Source: a bacterium (GTDB lineage Bacteria; Bdellovibrionota_C; UBA2361; CALJRW01). Taken from it: a stretch of DNA of 64,000 nt. The stretch's first letter is position 1, and the number at the start of each line of letters is the position of its first letter. The stretch covers positions 34,810 through 98,809 of the forward strand of contig JANNBC010000015.1 in assembly GCA_031385045.1 (NCBI GenBank), read 5' to 3'. The position numbers and the translations under genes are program-made. Under the pieces are notes generated by a model. That model was not told the DNA's origin. It made no database searches and saw only the letters and a list, made by a program, of their open reading frames with translations. Below, in pieces: positions 30,701 to 39,243 of this stretch.

Positions 30701-31055
30701 CACACTCCATTAACTTAACTTCTACGATATCTTGAATGCCCTCAACAGTTAGACATGCACCTAGCTTAGCCTTTTCTAATGAGCCTAAAATAACCTGGTC
30801 AGTAACTTCTTGTAATTGGGCAAATAAATCTGGAGTAAGTGGAGCAGTAGAGGGAATTCCATGAGTAGCTCTCATTGCCAGCTCAATAGCGTTTTGGATA
30901 CGTTCCCTACGAAACGGTACCATTGTCCCGTTTCTCTTAACAATTGTTAAGCGTGACAAGGCCTTAGCGTCAATTCGTGCTTGATCTGCCATATTGCTTG
31001 TAGTCATTGGAGTTCCTGCAAAAGTTGAGCCAATCTGAGTTGAAGTATTTTCCAT
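27768..31055 (-). CDS. nrdA: Class I ribonucleotide reductase alpha subunit with multiple N-terminal ATP-cones
   Basis: TPTLFNSG, SSCYL, SNLCTEI, VCNLGS, APTATIS, KTTYYLR, C-terminal CESCQ. Cones begin IVKRNG, VMRRDG and (degenerate) VTEADG. Confidence 0.97.
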   Translation of the reverse strand: MENTSTQIGSTFAGTPMTTSNMADQARIDAKALSRLTIVKRNGTMVPFRRERIQNAIELAMRATHGIPSTAPLTPDLFAQLQEVTDQVILGSLEKAKLGACLTVEGIQDIVEVKLMECGHHDVARDYIVYRDQHKQLRDDSPRNIRVMRRDGKEVRFNPMKIASAIEACFRSTRSVDGVTPSEVIQAVNLLTNKVVNKVCDYNNAGKEISVEFIQDEVERQLMSESFYQEAKNYILYRSLRAKLRENGEGSEEDATPVLAKAEQKSTPAAKTAPTENLGTIYTVTEADGSQTEMSELEIKKRIDYACLNLNVDSDEVRVDMLKNFYQGIRRKEVDQAAIMSARAKVEKEPDYTFLTARLLLDEIYRETISTPANHADIKKIHQEYFTQYIDFGVQVGRLTADLKTYDIAKLAAAMDLSRDLDFTYLGLQTIYDRYLTHHEDRRIETPQIFWMRVAMGLALREGEHKNARAIEFYDILSKMYYVSSTPTLFNSGTCHSQMSSCYLSTVTDDLHSIFKLVSDDAQLSKWAGGLGNDWTNVRATGATIKGTNGRSQGVVPFLKVANDTAVAVNQGGKRKGAMCAYLETWHLDLEDFLELRKNTGDERRRTHDMNTANWIPDLFMKRVAENGNWTMFSPSDVPDLHDLYGAAFDKRYQEYEEMVAKGEIKLYKTVEALTLWRKMLSMLFETGHPWITFKDPSNLRSPQDHKGVVHSSNLCTEILLNTSEKETAVCNLGSLNLPKHIKANGDLDRELLAKNIKTAIRMLDNVIDINFYPIPEAEFSNLQHRPIGLGIMGFQDCLYMKRVSYASPEAVEFADRSMELISYYAILGSSELAKERGAYPSYQGSKWDRGLLPIDTLEILEKNRGAEYCDLNKETTLDWQVVRDSIKKYGMRNSNTMAIAPTATISNISGVTQSIEPAYKHLFAKSNLSGEFIVINDYLVHELKKLDLWDEEMVDDLKYFDGSILEIERIPNDLKQVYLTSFEIDPEWIVDCAARRQKWIDMGQSLNLYMAEPSGKKLNEMYFSAWKKGLKTTYYLRCLGATQIEKSTMDVNKRGLQPRWMKNKSSSGEVNVNRDAVALPKETQNLDGECESCQ

Positions 31056-31092
31056 AACGATGTTTTATAATTTTAACACAAAATTTGAAAAA

Positions 31093-31140
31093 ACACTATA
31101 TATAGTGTTTTGGAGGGTCTATAAACACTATATATAGTGT
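31093..31140. promoter_or_regulatory. Tandem NrdR boxes
   Basis: ACACTATATATAGTGT at 31093-31108 and 31125-31140 (32-bp period), just upstream of nrdA. Matches the NrdR consensus acaCwAtATaTwGtgt. Confidence 0.93.
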
Positions 31141-31375
31141 TCGTGCCCATAAGCTGTCCATATAAAAAATTCTTAAGGGTACTTTTAAAATGTGACTAAC
31201 CTTCTTAACCTTCTAAAAACATTAGAGATCGTCAGGTAAAAAAATCTTACTTTAATTCATTTAAAGTTATGATTTCTTGTTACTTATTTGTGCCTAGGAA
31301 CCATCTAAATTATAAGTTATAGAAGATACTAGAAAAAATACTTTAGAATAAAATTAGCGGATAAAAGTTAAAATA

Positions 31376-32413
31376 ATGAGCACTGAACCAATAAAATTTG
31401 AGATAAAACAGATAAATTTTGAGATTTTTAATCTAATCCACTCCTGTTTTCAGGGTCAGTTTGCGGCTAATAATATCCTCAGCCAAACCCGCCACCCCCA
31501 ATTTAATCCTGATAACCTAACAATCATTAAAGAGCAGATTAAGATCGCCCTGGGTCATCTTAAACGGATTGAAAATGATGAGCTAATTATTGATCCTGAA
31601 TTTGAAGAAGTTAACGAAACTGAAACTGAGGTCTTTGCCTTACTTTCTAGTTTAAAAAGAAACTTTGCTGTCGCGGCCAATGAAATTGTTTCCATTGCTT
31701 CCACCGAAGACTGGACCAGCCAACCAGATTATTACCAAGTTCTTGTCGCCTACTACGCTTGGTTTGCTTATGCCGAAGAGAATTACTTTAAAAAGTTACA
31801 AGACTTTTATCTGATTAATAATGTTGGGGAATATAATGAAACAATTATACAGAGACTAGACCAGGCTAGTAATGATTTAAAGCTAACTGGTAATTTCTTA
31901 ATGTCGATTAAAAGTCCTGCGGGGCCAGAGCAAGGGTTCTTCTCTCATCTAATGTTTTTTATTAAAACTTTACCAGGATATTTCTTTTCTAAAATCCATG
32001 ACATCAACCAGTTCTTAACAATCAAACAAGAATTTACTTACGAGCTTGCTGGGTTTAGCGCAGAAGAAGCACCAACGTGGCAGGCTAAGAACTTTGATCC
32101 AATTGCAGCTGGGTATTGGAAATGTTTCGGGTTTGATGCGGACTCAGCCTTTGAGTGGCTAGAACGTGGATTTTTCGTAGCGGCAGAAGCAGCAAATTGG
32201 AAATTTTCAGAATTCAAATCAGCTCAAGCCGCGGCCTGGGCGAAATATTCCTTTACACCAATTTTAGCACTTCATTGGCAACAAGCTTCTTTAAAGCCCG
32301 AGCACTCAGCAATTTTAATTTCACATGGATATTTTATGCCTGGAGATTTACCAACAGATCCCGGCGAAGTTCAAGCCTTAATCCAGCAGGGATTTAAAAA
32401 AGAGGTTAATTAG
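31376..32413 (+). CDS. Hypothetical protein with C-terminal ~13-aa Trp repeats
   Basis: Repeated F-x-x-x-x-A-x-x-W-x-x-x-G/S units from GFSAEEAPTW onward. Confidence 0.8.
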   Translation: MSTEPIKFEIKQINFEIFNLIHSCFQGQFAANNILSQTRHPQFNPDNLTIIKEQIKIALGHLKRIENDELIIDPEFEEVNETETEVFALLSSLKRNFAVAANEIVSIASTEDWTSQPDYYQVLVAYYAWFAYAEENYFKKLQDFYLINNVGEYNETIIQRLDQASNDLKLTGNFLMSIKSPAGPEQGFFSHLMFFIKTLPGYFFSKIHDINQFLTIKQEFTYELAGFSAEEAPTWQAKNFDPIAAGYWKCFGFDADSAFEWLERGFFVAAEAANWKFSEFKSAQAAAWAKYSFTPILALHWQQASLKPEHSAILISHGYFMPGDLPTDPGEVQALIQQGFKKEVN

Positions 32414-32446
32414 ATCTTAGATCAGATCATGCTAGATAAACGGAAC

Positions 32447-33157
32447 TTAATCGATCAGAGTGCGAGTCTTAATATTTAAAAACTCCACAAAAATAGAGAA
32501 GAGCATCGCAAAGTACAGATAGTTGCGATTAATGTGCTGTCCTAAACCATCAGCAACTAACATTAAACCAACAATTAATAAGAAAGCTAAGGCTAACATC
32601 TTAAGAGTTGGATATTTAGCAACAATTTTACCAATGGCACTAGCCATGAAATACATACAACCAACAGTAAAGACAATCGCAACGACCATGATCCAGACAT
32701 GGTCAGTCATTCCAACAGCGGTAATTACAGAATCAAGTGAAAAAATTAAATCAACGATTAGGATCTGAATAATGGCCGAGGCGAAACTCTTGATCATTAC
32801 TTTTTTAGTCTCAACTGGAGTTTTAGCATCTTCCACCATATGGTGAATTTCTAAGGTAGCTTTGACTAGCAAAAACATCCCTCCCATAATCAAGATTAAA
32901 CCCTTAATTGAAAAATCGATTTCAAATAAAGTGAAAAGCGGTTTAGTTAATAGTAATAACCAACTAATAAAAAGCAATAATAAGATCCTAAAAAACATAG
33001 CTAACGCTAAGCCGACAGCTCGAGCTTTCTGGCGATATTCTTTTTCAACTTTACTAAGAATAACTTCCATGAAAAGAATGTTATCAATCCCTAGAACCAA
33101 CTCTAATGAAATTAAACTGAAAAGTGCGGCGAGATTAGCAAAAGTGAAAATTTCCAT
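32447..33157 (-). CDS. TerC family membrane protein
   Basis: LELVLGIDN, GGMFLLVKATLEIH, DLIFSLDSVITAVGM, YLYFAMLFS. Confidence 0.95.
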   Translation of the reverse strand: MEIFTFANLAALFSLISLELVLGIDNILFMEVILSKVEKEYRQKARAVGLALAMFFRILLLLFISWLLLLTKPLFTLFEIDFSIKGLILIMGGMFLLVKATLEIHHMVEDAKTPVETKKVMIKSFASAIIQILIVDLIFSLDSVITAVGMTDHVWIMVVAIVFTVGCMYFMASAIGKIVAKYPTLKMLALAFLLIVGLMLVADGLGQHINRNYLYFAMLFSIFVEFLNIKTRTLID

Positions 33158-33160
33158 GAC

Positions 33161-33559
33161 TTAAATCTTAGTTTGTAGATAATTAATAATTCTTTTAGGT
33201 TCTCGTGAAGGTAATCGATAAATCCGATTATTTCTAAGCTTTACAACTAAACTTTGGGTTCCCTTAGGGTTATAGACCCAAGGCAAAAGCGAATTAATAT
33301 CCTGAATATCAAAAGCTTCAATGTTATTTGCTGAAATCGAAGAAGCAATTAGACCAAGACCAAAAGAATAGTAAATACTATTACCTTCAAGCTCGATACT
33401 TAATGAATAAATATTTAACAGCAAGAAAAGGGATGCAACGACTAAAAATATCGAAGTAGTGGAAGCATGTAGAGTAACAAGAATCAGCAAGTCAATTATT
33501 AAAACAAAGCCAATTATTGGCCAGCTAAGAAATTTTTCCTGATAAACAATATTACTCAT
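33161..33559 (-). CDS. Small membrane protein at the end of the cox cluster
   Basis: Two TM helices followed by a soluble domain. Probable ATG at 33559. Confidence 0.65.
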   Translation of the reverse strand: MSNIVYQEKFLSWPIIGFVLIIDLLILVTLHASTTSIFLVVASLFLLLNIYSLSIELEGNSIYYSFGLGLIASSISANNIEAFDIQDINSLLPWVYNPKGTQSLVVKLRNNRIYRLPSREPKRIINYLQTKI

Positions 33560-33563
33560 TAAG

Positions 33564-33911
33564 TTATGGAAGAGTTCGCATTGGGTTATCAATGAAAACC
33601 CCAGCCATCATAATAAACAATAAGAAGATTGGAAAAAATACATACATCCAAGTAATTGGGTTTTCGTATTTTAAATGCATAAAGAATAATGATACTAAGC
33701 TAGCTTTAACGGAAGCTAAAAGCATAGCGATTACTAAGTTAATTGAATTACCAAAATGAAAAATTGGTGCTTTAGCAACAACTACCGTTAGAATGGTTAG
33801 ACCAATCAACGAAGAAAAAATTGTGACATAAATCTTAAAAGGCACGATATGGCCAAGTTCATGATCATGACTTTCAACATCCTGATTATCGTGTTTATGT
33901 TCGTTACTCAT
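33564..33911 (-). CDS. ctaF: Cytochrome c oxidase subunit IV family protein
   Basis: LTILTV...ASVKASLVSLFFMHLKYE; position in the operon. Confidence 0.88.
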   Translation of the reverse strand: MSNEHKHDNQDVESHDHELGHIVPFKIYVTIFSSLIGLTILTVVVAKAPIFHFGNSINLVIAMLLASVKASLVSLFFMHLKYENPITWMYVFFPIFLLFIMMAGVFIDNPMRTLP

Positions 33912-33915
33912 AAAA

Positions 33916-34800
33916 TTATCCAACAAGGTAAAGTAAAGGGAAAAGGTAAATCCAAATTAAGTCGACTAAGTGCCAGTAAAGAGCACCAAGTTCTACCGGA
34001 GTGTAGTAGTTAGGAGAGAAGCGATTATTTAAGGCTTTTAAATAAACCCAGAATAAAATTCCCATTCCCAGAATTACGTGTAAGGCGTGAAGCCCAGTCA
34101 TACAATAGTAAAGACCAAAGTAAGATTTATAAGCTGCGTTAAATTCTGGTCCATTAAACTCCCAAACATCTTTAGGGTGATGAGCGTGTCCAAATGGAAA
34201 TAAATTAGCTAAATCAAATTCGATCGTAGCAATGGTATGTTTTAGAAAATAGAAAGAAACAACCAAAGCAATCGAAGCTAAAATAGTCGGCAGACGAAGC
34301 TTGGCATTGTGAGTAAAAATTACCACTCCGGAAGCCCCGATTGCTAAAAACAGGGAGCCAGTGAAAAGAAAATTCTCAAATCCTTTAACTGCATATGGAA
34401 ATAAACCATAATGAACTTTGCTCTTATACTCAAAGTATTTAACGATTAAGAAAACAAATCCACAAAACAAAGTAATTAAAACATTTCTTCGAACCTTAGC
34501 ATTATTACCATGCTGGGCGGCATCCACTGCTAAAGCAGCCGTGAAACTACTAAAAATTAGAAAGGCAGTGTTTAATGCTCCCATTCTCCAATCGAGGTTA
34601 ACACTAGCTGTTTGGAATTCTGCGAAGTAAACGTAGCGATACAGGGCAAACGCCGTGAACAGACCACCAAAAAGCAAAACCTCTGTTGCTAAAAATAGCC
34701 ACATACCCAACTTAGCAGCGTGATAGGCTGTTGGCGCGTCCATGTGATGCACATGCGGAGGTCCGCTCTCGATTGCATTTGATATTGTAGGATTACTCAT
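33916..34800 (-). CDS. ctaE: Cytochrome c oxidase subunit III
   Basis: GMWLFLATEVLLFGGLF, TGLHALHV, LYWHLVDLIWIYLFPLLY. Confidence 0.95.
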   Translation of the reverse strand: MSNPTISNAIESGPPHVHHMDAPTAYHAAKLGMWLFLATEVLLFGGLFTAFALYRYVYFAEFQTASVNLDWRMGALNTAFLIFSSFTAALAVDAAQHGNNAKVRRNVLITLFCGFVFLIVKYFEYKSKVHYGLFPYAVKGFENFLFTGSLFLAIGASGVVIFTHNAKLRLPTILASIALVVSFYFLKHTIATIEFDLANLFPFGHAHHPKDVWEFNGPEFNAAYKSYFGLYYCMTGLHALHVILGMGILFWVYLKALNNRFSPNYYTPVELGALYWHLVDLIWIYLFPLLYLVG

Positions 34801-34825
34801 AATTACAATTTAAAATAGGCAAGCT

Positions 34826-36526
34826 TTATGCTTCTTTTTTAGTCCCATAGCCATAAGTCCATTCAGTCACGATTGGAGTTTCTGCAAAATTCTCGTGAAT
34901 TGGAGGAGATTGTGTCTGCCATTCCAATGATAAAGAATTAAATGGGTTTGCTGGAGCTTTGGTTTTTCCAAAAACAAAAAAGTAGAGCAAGTTAACTAAG
35001 GCTAAGAAGTACCCCAGCGCATTGATGTAGGCACCAATTGTTGAAGTAGCATGAAGTGTTTGCAACAAGTCAAAATTTTCTAAACCAGTATAATCAAAGT
35101 AACGTCTTGGCATACCTTTCATCCCCAGCACAAACTGCGGTAAGAAAGTTAAATTAAAGCCAACGAATACTAAAACGAATGTTATCTTAGAAACTGTTTC
35201 GTTGTACATCTTGCCAGTCATCTTTGGGAACCAAAAATGGAGCGCGGCAATTAAACCAATTACAGCACCACCTTGCATCGTATAATGAAAGTGAGCTACC
35301 ACAAAATATGTATCATGATAGAAAACATCAACAGCAAGTGTTGCTAAGTAAATCCCTGTTGTTCCAGCGATCATAAACAAAAATACAAACGCCATGGCAT
35401 ATAACATTGGAGTGTTAAAGCTAATTGAGCCTTTGTACATTGTACTAACCCAGTTAAACACTTTCACGGCAGTTGGTACGGCGACAAAGAATGTTAGGAA
35501 TGAGAATACATATGCAGCTGTGTCACCAATAGAAACAAACATATGGTGAGCCCAAACTACGAATCCAATTAAGGCGATACCAAATGTTGCACCACAAACC
35601 ATTTTATATCCAAAAATTGGCTTACGAGAGAACACGGGAAGAATCTCACCAACAACACCAAAGGCTGGCAACACCATGATGTATACTACTGGGTGAGAGT
35701 AGAACCAGAACAAGTGAGAATAAAGAATCGGATCTCCACCTAGTGTCGGATCAAAAATTCCAACACCAAAAACTCGCTCCATGATTACTAATAGTAAGGA
35801 GATACCTACAACTGGAGTAGCAAGTGTTTGAATAATTGCAGTGGCGTAAGTTGCCCAAACAAAAACTGGTAAACGCCCCCAAGTCATTCCTGGAGCTCGT
35901 AGCTTATGAACTGTAACAATAAAGTTTAATCCGGTTAAGATTGAGGAGAAACCTAATACGAAAGCAGCTCCTGTCATCCAAATAACAGCAGAGTGAGTTC
36001 CACTTTTTGCTAAACTGTAAGGCGCATAGAAAGTCCAACCAGTATCTACAGGACCACCAAGTCCGGCAGTATGAACCAACCAATCAGAAAAACTCTGGTT
36101 AATAAACGGCAAAGATTCAATCGGCATTAAAGAAATAACTGCCATCGCCGCACCAATCAGATAAATGTAGTAGCTAAGCAAGTTTAATCTTGGAAAAGCA
36201 ACATCCTTAGCTCCAATCATTAGTGGTAACAAAAAATTCCCCATAACAGCAGGAATCCCTGGCACAATAAAAAGAAAAACCATCACAACTCCATGAATTG
36301 TGAAGAAGTTATTGTACTGCTTTGGCGTTAAAAATTGAGCACCAGCAGCGAACAATTCTGTACGAACAACCAAAGCTGCAAGCCCACCAAAAAAGAAAAA
36401 GAAAGAGATCGTAAAAAGATACATTAAAGAAATTCTCTTATGATCAAGAGTAGTCATCCAAGACCAAATTCCTTTTTGACAATTGAGGTAGTTAGTACCC
36501 TCTACGTGTGTTTCACTGTGTGCCAT
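34826..36526 (-). CDS. ctaD: Cytochrome c oxidase subunit I (A2-type)
   Basis: TLDHKRI, TIHG, WFYSHPVVY, VWAHHMF, HDTYFVVAHFHY, GMPRRY. Confidence 0.97.
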   Translation of the reverse strand: MAHSETHVEGTNYLNCQKGIWSWMTTLDHKRISLMYLFTISFFFFFGGLAALVVRTELFAAGAQFLTPKQYNNFFTIHGVVMVFLFIVPGIPAVMGNFLLPLMIGAKDVAFPRLNLLSYYIYLIGAAMAVISLMPIESLPFINQSFSDWLVHTAGLGGPVDTGWTFYAPYSLAKSGTHSAVIWMTGAAFVLGFSSILTGLNFIVTVHKLRAPGMTWGRLPVFVWATYATAIIQTLATPVVGISLLLVIMERVFGVGIFDPTLGGDPILYSHLFWFYSHPVVYIMVLPAFGVVGEILPVFSRKPIFGYKMVCGATFGIALIGFVVWAHHMFVSIGDTAAYVFSFLTFFVAVPTAVKVFNWVSTMYKGSISFNTPMLYAMAFVFLFMIAGTTGIYLATLAVDVFYHDTYFVVAHFHYTMQGGAVIGLIAALHFWFPKMTGKMYNETVSKITFVLVFVGFNLTFLPQFVLGMKGMPRRYFDYTGLENFDLLQTLHATSTIGAYINALGYFLALVNLLYFFVFGKTKAPANPFNSLSLEWQTQSPPIHENFAETPIVTEWTYGYGTKKEA

Positions 36527-36534
36527 AAGACCTT

Positions 36535-37806
36535 CTATTTAATTGATTTAATATATGCTGTTAAGCTTGCAATCTCTTCATCTGTAAACTGGTAAGCCGG
36601 CATTGCTGCTGGATAGCCTTTAACAATATGTAGTGTTGAGTGTAGAATTGATTCTTTAATGTAAGCATCGTCAGCAGCATAAGTGCCACCATCTTCGAAC
36701 TCACCTTTACGTCCATATAAGCCTTGAAAGCTTGGGCCAACAATCTTTGAACCATCCAAAGAGTGACATCCGATACAAGCATTGTTCTTATAAAGTGCCT
36801 CACCTTTCTGCTCAGGAGTCATGTTTGCTGGATCAATTACCCCTTCCTCCTCTTCTTCTACAACTACTTTTTGTGTACCATCCAAAGTTTTAATATAGGC
36901 AATTACATCTAGAAGTTCTTCTTCCGGAATTTGTCCTTCGAAAACGGGCATTACTCCATTAGGGAAAGTTTTAACAACCTGCGAGCCTGGATTATAAATC
37001 GAATTACGAATATAAGCTTCATCAGCAACTGCTTTAGTTCCATCTTCGAACTCACGCTCAGATCCATAAAGCTTAGCAAATGTTGGTCCAACAATTCGAG
37101 AACCATCAATGGAGTGACAAGTATTACAACCTTTGGCTTTATAAGTAAGTGCTCCACGCTTAGCAGGATCGGTAATAATTTTTCCTTTATCCTCAACCCA
37201 AGCATCAAACTCAGCACGAGAAACAACTCTTAAATTTGCAAGCATCGCATAATGACTGTCACCGCAATACTCTGTACAATAAGCCATGTACTTACCAGTC
37301 TTAATTGGAGTGAATGTTAGATAAGTATAGCTTCCTGGAATTACATCACGCTTAACACGCATGGAAGGTAAAAAGAAAGAGTGCATCACATCTTTTGATT
37401 GCATTAACAGTCGCACTGGCTCATCAACAGGAATGACAAACTCACTAGTAGTTTTTTTACCGTTTTCGTATTCAAATTCCCAAAACCACTTCTGACCAGT
37501 AACGTTAATGGTCATCGCATTTGGATCTACTTGACGAATTTCGTGATAATAAATAATTCCATAATAAGCGATAATTACACAAATAATCGTTGGAACAACT
37601 GTCCACACAATCTCCAAGGAATGGCTACCTTCAATTTGCGGAGTCTCGTGATCAACACCATTTCGCTTGCGATACTTCCAAGCAAAGTAAAGCATCACAC
37701 CAACAATTAGGACGGTAAAAAAAACCGATAAGTCAGTAATTAAATTATGGATCCAATCGACATGTGGAGCATGCTTGGAGGCTTGTTCTGGTAAATATCT
37801 AAACAT
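36535..37806 (-). CDS. ctaC: Cytochrome c oxidase subunit II fused to two cytochrome c domains
   Basis: CuA motif DVMHSF...CTEYCGDSHYAM, and two heme-binding motifs CNTCH and CIGCH. Confidence 0.96.
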   Translation of the reverse strand: MFRYLPEQASKHAPHVDWIHNLITDLSVFFTVLIVGVMLYFAWKYRKRNGVDHETPQIEGSHSLEIVWTVVPTIICVIIAYYGIIYYHEIRQVDPNAMTINVTGQKWFWEFEYENGKKTTSEFVIPVDEPVRLLMQSKDVMHSFFLPSMRVKRDVIPGSYTYLTFTPIKTGKYMAYCTEYCGDSHYAMLANLRVVSRAEFDAWVEDKGKIITDPAKRGALTYKAKGCNTCHSIDGSRIVGPTFAKLYGSEREFEDGTKAVADEAYIRNSIYNPGSQVVKTFPNGVMPVFEGQIPEEELLDVIAYIKTLDGTQKVVVEEEEEGVIDPANMTPEQKGEALYKNNACIGCHSLDGSKIVGPSFQGLYGRKGEFEDGGTYAADDAYIKESILHSTLHIVKGYPAAMPAYQFTDEEIASLTAYIKSIK

Positions 37807-37994
37807 AAACTTATTTTAATGCACTTTTTAGTCGTAACTTAATAATACAGTCAAAGAGAAATGTCATGAGTAAAACATCTACTTTTTACTGTATCTATAG
37901 TTTTTAAGGTATTCAAACTTGGAAACTATCCAAGATTTGAAAGTCCCAAATCCAAATGAAAGAATCGGAAATTATTTCAACTCTTAACTATGAG

Positions 37995-38786
37995 CTAATT
38001 CTTCTTATCTAAGACCCATAATTTTAACAATAATCCACCTAATAGTAAAATTACTAGGGCACCACTAACTTTCAAACTGCGATCCACAAGCCAGGTATAC
38101 TGGCCCTTAGTATGATCAAAGCGGAAACAGAAGAGTAATGCTTGATCAATAAAACTTCCGACATGTCCTTTAGACGCTTCAACCAAGGACAACTTAAGAT
38201 CAAATGGTTTAAATTTTATGTTTGCAAAATACTGAGAAATCGCTCCCTCGGGAGTCATTACATAAACAGCAGCAGAATGGGCGAAGTCATTACCATCTTT
38301 TAGATAACGATATCCAAGCTGAGCCATTAGAGGAGCAATTTGCTCTTCTTTGCCAACTAAGAACTCCCAAGCACCTTTTGGCGTCTCTTTATTTTGAAGT
38401 AATTGCGTAAATTCTTCTTTCTTAGCAAGAGCATTTTCAGGGGTATCAGTATGATCAAAACTGAAGGTAACTATTTGATAATCCTGGCCTAATTTAAGTT
38501 CTAGTCGATTAACTAGCTCAACCACACCATTAAAAACTAAGCCACAAAGATGTGGGCAAGTAAAATACCCTGGAACCAAAATAACTGGTCTATTTTCTTT
38601 AAAAAAACTACTAAGTGGAACAGTTTCTCCGGCAGAGTTTTGAAAATTAAGGCTTAAATCAATTTGCTGCCCTAATTTATCAAGAGGAGTTACTAAATTA
38701 AGTTCCGCTTCAGGCTTATCTAATCCCCAAACCAAGAGAGGATTTACTAGTAATATCAATAGGATAAGGCTTAAGTGGCGAATCAT
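37995..38786 (-). CDS. SCO1/SenC family protein
   Basis: YFTCPHLC, FAHSA, GAISQY; upstream of the cox genes. Confidence 0.92.
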   Translation of the reverse strand: MIRHLSLILLILLVNPLLVWGLDKPEAELNLVTPLDKLGQQIDLSLNFQNSAGETVPLSSFFKENRPVILVPGYFTCPHLCGLVFNGVVELVNRLELKLGQDYQIVTFSFDHTDTPENALAKKEEFTQLLQNKETPKGAWEFLVGKEEQIAPLMAQLGYRYLKDGNDFAHSAAVYVMTPEGAISQYFANIKFKPFDLKLSLVEASKGHVGSFIDQALLFCFRFDHTKGQYTWLVDRSLKVSGALVILLLGGLLLKLWVLDKKN

Positions 38787-38856
38787 GGGACGAACTATAT
38801 ACTATATTACGTAAAAGCTAAACAGCTTACCCTATATATAGTCGTATAATTTTGGA

Positions 38857-39243
38857 TTACTGACTATTAGAACAGTCTTCTCGGCAATTACAATTATTCT
38901 CTGATTTGGAATCACAAATCTTATCTCCGCACTTTAAACAGGCATAGACATACCCGCCGGCATACCCAGTACCGCAAACGCGAATACTTTCGCGATCAAT
39001 TAAGCCCTGACAGCATGGTGGGTTTAATTTCCAACCATCGTTTCCAGGAATACCACCGACACTACTAGTCTCGCCTTCCTTTAAACAAACATTCGGGCTC
39101 AAAGATTCTTCTGCAAATACTGGAAGAGAAAAACAAACTATTAATAAAAGTAAAAAATATTTATTTAAAACTATTTTAAAAGATACTGGCTGTCTTAGTA
39201 CAACTGCGAGATTCAATCTTTTCATTCGATATCGGAGCATCAA
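38857..39243 (-). CDS. Small secreted Cys-rich protein
   Basis: Signal-like segment ending VFA, then PCCQGL and CLKCGDKICDSKSENNCNCREDC. Start uncertain. Confidence 0.65.
   Translation of the reverse strand: MMLRYRMKRLNLAVVLRQPVSFKIVLNKYFLLLLIVCFSLPVFAEESLSPNVCLKEGETSSVGGIPGNDGWKLNPPCCQGLIDRESIRVCGTGYAGGYVYACLKCGDKICDSKSENNCNCREDCSNSQ

Noticed and set aside
31093..31140. Perfect tandem palindromes as a novel element
   Set aside because: Fully explained as canonical NrdR boxes upstream of nrdA.
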